Assembly: GCA_012295275.1 (NCBI GenBank)
Contig: CM022673.1
Span: 10,168,001 to 10,232,000, forward strand
Length of the DNA stretch: 64,000 nucleotides
Direction: 5' to 3'
Source of the DNA: Chrysomallon squamiferum
Taxonomy: Eukaryota > Animalia > Mollusca
The notes under the pieces were generated by a model. The model made no database searches. It saw only the letters and a program-made list of their open reading frames with translations, and had not been told where the DNA came from. Shown one piece after another: positions 30,504-64,000 of this stretch. Each line of letters opens with the position of its first letter. Positions within the stretch are counted from its first letter, which is position 1. The position numbers and the translations under genes are program-made.

Positions 30504-31260
30504 TAATGGTACCTCGACTTACGAGTTCTCCAACTTACGAGTTTTTCGATTACGATCAGTCGGACGGTCGGGTGTTTGCTTTGAGATGCGAGCCAAAATC
30601 CGAGTTACGAGCGAGTTCCAGATACGCCGCCGCTAGTTGACGCAACAAACAACATAGCGTCCGGCCAGCATCCGGCGTTTCACTCGTTTACTTCACGTGG
30701 TTACCTCTCCGCGGAAGCATCTCTGCTGTGTTCTGCTCGCGTTTTGTGCATTTTTTTGCCTGATTTCTTTTTTCTTGCCATGGATCCTAATAAAGTGAGT
30801 GCAAAGGACATTGCTGAGAACAAGAAGCGGATGATGTTCATTAAATTAAAACTTGAATTCATAGAAAAACATGAGTGATGTGTGGATATAGTTGACTTAG
30901 CATAGTACTTCTACGATATGTACATACTGAACTGAAAGACTCGATAAAGGCTGTAACTTCAGCCAAAGGCGTCAAAATAATTTGTCTGATCTCTAAGAAA
31001 ACTACACTTTACAAAAACAAATTATTTCTTTACCTTCTCTTTTATTTTGTTTTTTTTGTACAATATTTGTCATTTTTACATTTTTCTCATTTAAAAACAC
31101 TTTACAAAAAATAAATAAAATGGGGTGGTGTTTGTTGAGCTGGAACGGATTAATGGTAATTCAATTAATATCAGTTGGGAAAATTGTTTTGATATACGAG
31201 CAAATTGAGATACGAGCTCGGCGGCGGAACGTATTCAGCTCGTAAGTCAAGGAACCACTG
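30504..31260 (+). mobile_element. Internally deleted Tigger/pogo DNA transposon with decayed transposase N-terminus
   Basis: TIRs TAATGGTACCTCGACTTACGAG and CTCGTAAGTCAAGGAACCACTG flanked by TA. From 30780 reads MDPNKVSAKDIAENKKRMMFIKLKLEFIEKHE*CVDIVDLA..STSTICT..KDSIKAVTSAKGVKII, a CENP-B/TIGD1-type HTH start with stops and frameshifts. Confidence 0.9.
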
Positions 31261-31470
31261 TATTTTAAAATAATGCATTATTCAGGTAGTGTGTTTGTGT
31301 GGAGCGCCTGTGTATATAATTATAAAATGTTTTTGTAAATGATTTTATATATTTTTATAATGCAGTGGTAAATAATAAATATGTAGCGATAAACATTCGA
31401 GTTTTAAAAGTAAACGGACCAAAGGACAAAGTATATATTCATTACAATGATCAACATACATACAAAAGTA

Positions 31471-31528
<58 letters not shown>

Positions 31529-31739
31529 TAAAGATACAAACACAGACACACACTGATACATACATGCAAACATGCTTACATAACTTGGTACTTATTGCTC
31601 GTGAATAGGTAAATATCTAAATTAAATAATTAAATAAACAAATACATAGAAATATATATATATATATACGAAAAGGTTCACTATTTAATGTTTATTTTTA
31701 AAATAAAAAATAATTAAAATTATTATGGACGTTTCTCTC

Positions 31740-31896
<157 letters not shown>

Positions 31897-31984
31897 TATA
31901 GTTTAAAACGAATTGACTACAGAGAAAATAGCCTGGGTGCTACAATAGCTTTCCCTAGAGTCCACTGACTGTTAATACGCGACA

Positions 31985-32262
31985 ACAGTTCAGTGGTTTA
32001 GAGTGCAGTCTAGGGGAGTTCTCTGCCGCTAAATCTGTTCTCCTTAGTGACGTAAATCCCGATCCAACCAGTGTCTCGACTGCTTTATCGAAAACCAAGA
32101 CATGATTTTCGTGTCTATGGAAAGTTGTTTATAAAATATGCCTATCAGCTAACTGATAAACAGAGCCACAGAGCTAATTTAGTACAACATTACAGTTAAC
32201 ACAAAATATATTCATTGACACATATTAATATTTAATATTGATATACTGAGGTGTCGTAACGA
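31985..32262 (+). mobile_element. Degenerate tRNA-derived SINE remnant, Nin-domain-like
   Basis: A-box-like GTTCAGTGGTTTAGAGTG; core CCGATCCAACCAGTG..CGACTG..TATC..TGTCTATGGAAAG..TATAAAATAT..GCTAA; tail CTGAGGTGTCGT. Resembles my recollection of molluscan Nin-SINE cores; not aligned to a consensus. Confidence 0.55.
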
Positions 32263-32471
32263 CGTCAGTGTATATTATCTCTTTACTGAATTTCACGTTG
32301 TACTGAAACAAATATGATATATATTTTTCAGTGTTTTTATTTTTATTTCCCTATAATGAAAACAATACATCATAAATACAGCAGAAAGAAATTGAACTGA
32401 ACTTCATTTATGCCCAGGCCGTACGTAGTGTACCACATAAAAAGAACACGTTGCTATTGGAAACTTTATAA

Positions 32472-32616
32472 CAATCACGGGTAACCTTTTTCGAGTCGCG
32501 GGCCGCATGAGACATGGTTCATCCTAAGCCGGGTACTAATTTAGGCGATTTTAGTGGTTTTTAACGTACGGTTTACTTTAAGGCATTTTCCATTTTTCAT
32601 TTTCTTCAGGAACTGC

Positions 32617-32656
<40 letters not shown>

Positions 32657-32760
32657 ACATGTGTTTTAGTAGATACAAAATAGACTCATTTTATAAGTTT
32701 GAATTAACGTTATTTTCAACTCAGAATAAAGCCGCGCGGACCGCAGTTTGCCCAGGACTG
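32472..32760. mobile_element. hAT (Charlie-like) MITE
   Basis: Imperfect TIRs CAATCACGGGTAACC / GTTTGCCCAGGACTG, subterminal GCGGGCCGCA-type motifs at both ends, degenerate 8-bp TSD CTTTATAA / CTTTGTGA. Confidence 0.7.
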
Positions 32761-33260
32761 CTTTGTGACACTGCGAGGAATTCTGAAGTCTGAATCATCA
32801 TCAAAGATAACGCAGTGGTATCGTCTGCGTTTACAGTTGCAGCGCGCGTCGCGTTGATTAGTTCTGTTGTCCTTGCTTGGTAGTGCATGTCGTCATAGTC
32901 TACGCACACACGATTAACAAACATCAACAACCAACAAACTACCGTGGTGAAATTAACCTTCATCTGGTAAACATTTAGATTTTTTATTGACAAAAATGAT
33001 TTTTTTATTTTTTTTTTGCATTAGCTTTATCGCCACAAATTATAAAGAGTAGGCAATACAGTGTTCAAAATTGAATAAAGTCAGGTCTTCATTTTTTTTT
33101 TTATTGTTCATTCATTGATTTATTCTTACATATTGTAATTTTATTTTCACTCTTTTGTTATGCATTCATTATTTCAGTAGGTCTGTCATTCATTTAAGTC
33201 AGTATTTTATATCCTTCAAAAGGGCAAAGCAGAGAATAAGTGCAAAGGTGTGGTTATAGA

Positions 33261-33566
33261 TTTATTGTTTATTAAAACACAATAAATAACTAATTAATGC
33301 GAGTGTTTGGATAAGGCTAATTACGACTCATAACTGTCTTTCCCTTGCCTGAAGCTGTTACCTCACGTGGGAGCGACTCTCCCATTCATTAAGTTCCAAC
33401 GAAAATTTATTCCGCTTGTTGTTTATTCTGACTTTGACGGTTTGTCGTTCTGGGTGCCGCTTCTGTCACTTCTCTCCTCTGATTTATAATGTTGTACTCG
33501 GCATAAAAACGAGATACGAGAATCGTAGAGCGGAGACGAGACTTTCCGTTTGACTGCAGACGAAAG
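33261..33566 (+). promoter_or_regulatory. Putative promoter and non-coding exon 1 of paralog P2
   Basis: Near-identical copy of 25487-25817 including TTTATAA, CATAAAA and donor AAAG|GTAAGT (GT at 33567). Confidence 0.7.
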
Positions 33567-34074
33567 GTAAGTAGCTTTTGCTGTTTTCAGTTCTACTCAT
33601 AATGTATTACGACATGCGACGTTTTGTGACGAGAAGAATTTTCTGTTTTGTCTGTCTCTAATTTAGCAGAGCAATATAGGTAGAAAGACAGACGGAAAGG
33701 TAAAGGGAGAGAGACAGATTTTACAAAGAAGCTGAAGGACAGACAGATATGGATGCATGGATAAGTAAATAATTAGATAGATACACAAACAGAGAGGCAG
33801 ACAGTCAGACAGACATATTATATAGATAGAAATTTATATAGATAGATAGAAAGATAGATAGATGGATAGATAGATGGATAGATAGATAGACGATAGATAG
33901 ATAATAGATATTAGATAGATAGATAGAAATTTATATAGACAGGTAGATAGATAGATGATTAAACAGACTGATATAGACAGATAGTCAGATAGACATTCAG
34001 ACATGCCCGTAGATAGATAGATAGACGAATAGACGTATAGATAGATAGACAGACAGACATGTAGATAGATAGAC

Positions 34075-34107
<33 letters not shown>

Positions 34108-34419
34108 ATCACCTTGGTTTTAATGCCATACGGACACTCAATTTAAAATAATAAAAATAGTAATTAATAATACTAATAAATAAAACAAAACATTAAAAGT
34201 AACAGTCAACATGGAACATTACTCCATCGAAAATCAATTAATAATAATAATGTGGATAAAAAAAACAAAAATAATGTCAGCTTTATGATGATTGAAATGA
34301 CTATAGACGCTTAGAGACTATGCATGTAAATGATTTGATGTAAATGTTGTTTGAAAGAATATATAACACCGTTACACAACCACGGAAACAGAGCAGTTTT
34401 AGATTAGTGGTGGACAGAC

Positions 34420-34737
<318 letters not shown>

Positions 34738-34828
34738 TAATTTATGTATATGTAATATCAAGTCTATTTTTTTTTTATTAATTTCTCTACATACATTTCA
34801 TTCTAGGTTGTTCAGACTGAATCTCGAC

Positions 34829-35098
34829 ATGGACATTGCGACGACATCCCTGACGATACTTCTAATATTCTACTGCGGCATTTGTTCTGTTTCGGCGAAT
34901 GCACTCACAGACTTCGGTGGTCCGAGGTCCAGGTTTATCAGAACTGGAAGAAGTCTCGGAATTCCTGAGCGGAGATACCTAGGTCTGGCTAAAAGACAAG
35001 GAAATCCGAATTTCCCTTCTTCAGGGGTCATATATATAGACGAAGGCAACGGCAAGGGTCATTACGTCGTTCGTCCATCTCCGCGAGGTGGAAAATAA
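34829..35098 (+). CDS. Diverged peptide precursor paralog P2 (89 aa, single coding exon starting at 34807)
   Basis: Signal peptide MDIATTSLTILLIFYCGICSVSA is 18/23 identical to P1; shares RSxFxRxGRxLGIPE, LAKRQ and terminal GK-stop; intact ORF; homologous acceptor TTCTAG ending 34806. Confidence 0.88.
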   Translation: MDIATTSLTILLIFYCGICSVSANALTDFGGPRSRFIRTGRSLGIPERRYLGLAKRQGNPNFPSSGVIYIDEGNGKGHYVVRPSPRGGK

Positions 35099-36039
35099 GG
35101 AATTCAATAGAACGTGGACACTTCAGAACTAACTTTATAACTTCTGTTTGACGATATTTGATTAAAGCAACTACAATTTAAGCTTGCTGTGTGTGTTATA
35201 CATACATGCATACATATAGATGCATACACACAGCCATACATACATACACACACATACATGCATACACACAGACAGACATACATACATACACATACATACA
35301 TACACACATACATACATGCATGCATACTGACACACAAGCATCCATAGATACAAATTCATGTTTGTAGATAAATACGCACTTACGCAAATAAATGCGTACA
35401 TACATACATACGTACCTACTTATATATATATACACACATATATACACATTCAAACACAAATATATAGACAAATCACATGTCATTTTATTTAGAATTATAT
35501 GGTCAAAAATAAGACAAAATATTTCATGGAGGTACGAAGAAGGTATTTCTTGGAATCGTCAAAGGTACGTTTTGCCAATGGTTAAATAAAATCCAGACAA
35601 ATTGTAACGTCTAGATAAGATATAAATGATATTTATCTACGAGGATGTATTCTATATATTTAGAATATAACTGAGAATTTATTCACATTAATATAATCCT
35701 TTTTGTTCATATCTACTTTTTGTTTTATGCGACTGACTGTACTCGGTCTGTCCAGTTAATTTTACGTTGGGGCAAGCTCGGTCTTTTAAAATGTTTGCAC
35801 TGGTACAGATTATTTGACGTACCAATAGTTTATAAACTACAGAATGAAAATGTCACGTAATCACTAGACTTCATACCAATGTCTTCTTTGTTACGGATGT
35901 CTCAGAAAGATCGCAGTTTGTTTGTGTCTTTCTTTAATGGGACAGAGGGACAATGTAAAACTCTCATAAAGATTAAATTTATAGCTAAAGGGAGATAATC
36001 ATTCAAACCTTCGTTTACATCTCTCTCTCTCTCTGTCTG

Positions 36040-36084
<45 letters not shown>

Positions 36085-36192
36085 GTCTATCTATCTATCT
36101 GTCTATCTATCTATCTCTGTATCTGTCTGTCTATCTATCTGTCTATCTATCTATCTGTCCATCTATCTCTCTGTATGTCACAAAACCACACA

Positions 36193-36293
<101 letters not shown>

Positions 36294-36518
36294 ACCCATC
36301 TATCTATCTCTCTGCTTTGTCGTTATGGACGTTCTCTGCCAGTAAAAATAGGTTTCTCCTAACTCGTGTTAAAATGTGATAAATTAATCAATAGAAAATT
36401 AACTTCAGTAAAATTGTTAATTGCTTACTATCTGTTGAAGTGTTAGTTAACGCAGAAACGAGGTTGATTTAGAGGACATAATTAACAACAAAACAACAAC
36501 AACAACAACAACAACAAC

Positions 36519-36587
<69 letters not shown>

Positions 36588-37172
36588 CGTAATAGTAATA
36601 ATTCCCATAAAAGCTTATAGCACATTTGTGGTAGTGTAGTGGTAGTAGTAGTGGCAGTGGTAAAAGTACTAATAGTAGTAGTTTAGGTTGTGATAAAAGT
36701 GGCAGCAACAGTAGCAGCAGTAGATATAACAGTGAAGCTAAATTAGACAACAAAAATAATAAACAAACTTTTTCTTGTTTAAAGGTCTTCAAATCCTGCA
36801 TACAAACTTATATTTACGCACATACACACATGCATACACACCAAGCAGATATTTAGAGTCCGTAGATTCAAACTGAAAAGGTCTGTGGCAGAGGGATAGG
36901 CTAAATAGACACATAACTGTTAGAAGCCGAGGTAGTCGTGTTTATTAGCAGGGTTCACCATTCTCCTTAGAATATAAGACTTTTTATCGATCAGGTCATT
37001 AATTGAGGTCGTGCTCAACTTTGAATCGGAGAAATAATAACTCATACACACACACACACACACACTGGAAACGTTACAAAAATAAAACACACGTAATTAA
37101 GACGTCTTTGAACCGAGGGTTATCCTGCGAGAACCTGCGTTGTAACGCAATACCAAACGTGTGTACGTTTTT

Positions 37173-37432
37173 CCAATCCAATCAACGTACTTGGCGTAAT
37201 TCGTACTTTCTAGGAAACATTACGTTAACGAGAACTGAGAATATAATACAGTCGTATACGGGAGAAGATGCTCAGTCAGTCGTGCGGGTTTTGTTATTGC
37301 ATTACCTCTAGAAAGAAAAGTAAATTATTGGGATTTCCAATAGTACGAAATCAGAGGATTTCCAGCCATCTGTCTTCGTTATGGGATCGATAAGTCTTAA
37401 GGAATATAAACAGATAAACAATTCGAGAGCAG
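37173..37432 (+). promoter_or_regulatory. Candidate core promoter and upstream exon of the receptor guanylate cyclase gene
   Basis: Tandem CCAAT (37173, 37178), TATAATA (37242), initiator-like TCAGTC (37272) 30 bp downstream, strong donor CAG|GTGAGT (GT at 37433); good acceptor TTTTGTTCCCGTAG ending 38172. Confidence 0.45.
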
Positions 37433-38592
37433 GTGAGTCTACAGGTAAAAAAAGAAAATGTCTTCGAAAACAGGATATCGTTGTTCGTTTGTCAACACAA
37501 AAATGACGGGTCTTCGAACCAGAAACCGAGAAATCCTGTTATTCTTTTGGAATAATAATTAATCTTGAACATTAATTTCTTTTTTTCTTTCCTCGTATTT
37601 GGATAATCTTACACTGACGAATAATTATTAAAAATATATTTTATTTCGTAGTTTTTCTGGGGAGACTTTTGATTGTGATAAAAATATTGAATTAACACGG
37701 ACAAAATTCACCGAAATTGTTCTGTGGTCAATATTACCATAAAACTGGGGGAAAAAACCGAACAAAAGGCATGTTTTTATAAGTTTAAAGGTTAATTTTA
37801 CTGTAAAAGACGTTAATAGTACCCTAAAACAGAAAAGAAAATAGAAAGAAAAAAAGAAAAAAACGATTCATACATTAATATTACTACAAACAAAACTTAG
37901 AAGGAAAAAACTGCCAGCAAAGAAGTTACTGGAATGTTTAAAAATACCACAGACAACAAAACACAGAAGGAAATATTTTCAGTAAATAATTATCGAGATA
38001 AATAAAATTCAGGAGAACATGTTTGGCTGAAAAAACCTACATTCGTTGATTAGTACTGTCGTTTGAAAAGCACGAGTACCAACCTGATACATGTATTCAA
38101 ACCGATAAAAATCCAGGACAATTTGGATACAAAATATTTACAACTGGAAACATTTTCGTTTTGTTCCCGTAGATGTGATTACAGGAAAAGATGTTTGTTC
38201 TTCATTTGATTAAACAAAGATTCTTTACATTTCATTCATTTTAAGATAAAACTAGTGACAAATTTTATTTAAGGATTCTTGCAATATATTATTCATTCAT
38301 CAGATGTTCTACATTCAGTGATACCAAGGACATTGCACTGTCATTCTACGACAACTACTACAACCATCACCACCACTACCACAACCACCACCACTACTAC
38401 TACGACTGCTTCTAATACCATTACTATTACTGCTACTACTACTACTACTACTACTACTACTATCACTATTACCATTACTACTACTGCTATTTCTAGTACT
38501 GTGATTTTGTTTCTTCAATATTGTCATCATCCGCCATCATCGTCATCATCATTATCACCGTCGGAATACTGTTGTTTTTGTTCGCCCAAAGC

Positions 38593-63404
<24,812 letters not shown>

Positions 63405-64000
63405 AAGTACGAGAATGGAAGATATCTAACTATGAAATCAACGAAAACTATCGAAAAAACTATCAAACGATTACAAGGGTAAGTACGAGAATGGAACATC
63501 TCAGACTATGAAATCACTGAAAAAAACTATCAAACGATTACAAAGGTAAGTACGAGAATGGAAGATCTCAGACTATGAAATCATTGAAAAAACTATCAAA
63601 AGATTACAAGGGTAAGTACGAGAATGGAACATCTCAGACTATGAAATCATTGAAAAAACTATCAAACGATTACAAGGGTAAGTAAGAATGAACATCTCAA
63701 ACTATGAAATCATTGAAAAAACATCTCGATTACAGGGTACTCATGAAATCACTGAAAAAAACTATCAAAAGATTACAAGGGTAAGTACGAGAATGGAACA
63801 TCTCAGACTATGAAATCATTGAAAATACTATCAAAAGATTACAAGGGTAAATACGAAAATGGAAGATCTCAGACTATGAAATCATTGAAAAAACTATCAA
63901 ACGATTTACAAGGGTAAGTACGAGAATGGAACATCTCAAACTATGAAATCACCGAAAAAACTAAAACTTATGAAATGGAACATCTCAGACTATGAAATCA

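Noticed and set aside
34808-34828. Upstream TTG start of P2 given in the ORF track
   Set aside because: Homology with P1 places the start at ATG 34829 (CTCGACATGGAC context in both genes).
38521-38592. Hydrophobic N-terminal extension of rGC exon 1 (SAIIVIIIITVGILLFLF)
   Set aside because: Largely derived from an (ATC)n tract; starts at TTG with no in-frame ATG after the stop at 38494.

Overview
AT-rich, microsatellite-dense eukaryotic DNA, probably a mollusc or other lophotrochozoan (inferred from a Nin-domain-like SINE remnant, the amidated peptide precursor and the repeat landscape). The first ~25 kb has no recognisable gene, only simple repeats, local duplications and islands of complex non-coding sequence. 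At 25.5-35.2 kb lie two tandem paralogous two-exon secreted-peptide precursor genes on the + strand. P1 (138 aa) is predicted to yield SMRSKFLRF-amide and pQNGAYIRI-amide. P2 (89 aa) keeps the promoter, non-coding exon 1 and signal peptide almost unchanged but has rewritten mature peptides. Tigger/pogo, hAT and SINE remnants lie within and between them. From 38.6 kb to the window end runs a + strand receptor guanylate cyclase gene (natriuretic-peptide-receptor type). I could assemble 15 phase-consistent coding exons covering signal peptide, extracellular domain, TM helix and kinase-homology domain; the cyclase domain is not in the window. Five splice junctions of this gene have themselves been amplified into tandem repeats, giving arrays of decoy splice sites. 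The last exon appears to have lost its own donor. Almost all long ORFs in the supplied track are repeat artefacts. All coordinates were read by eye and no database search was run.
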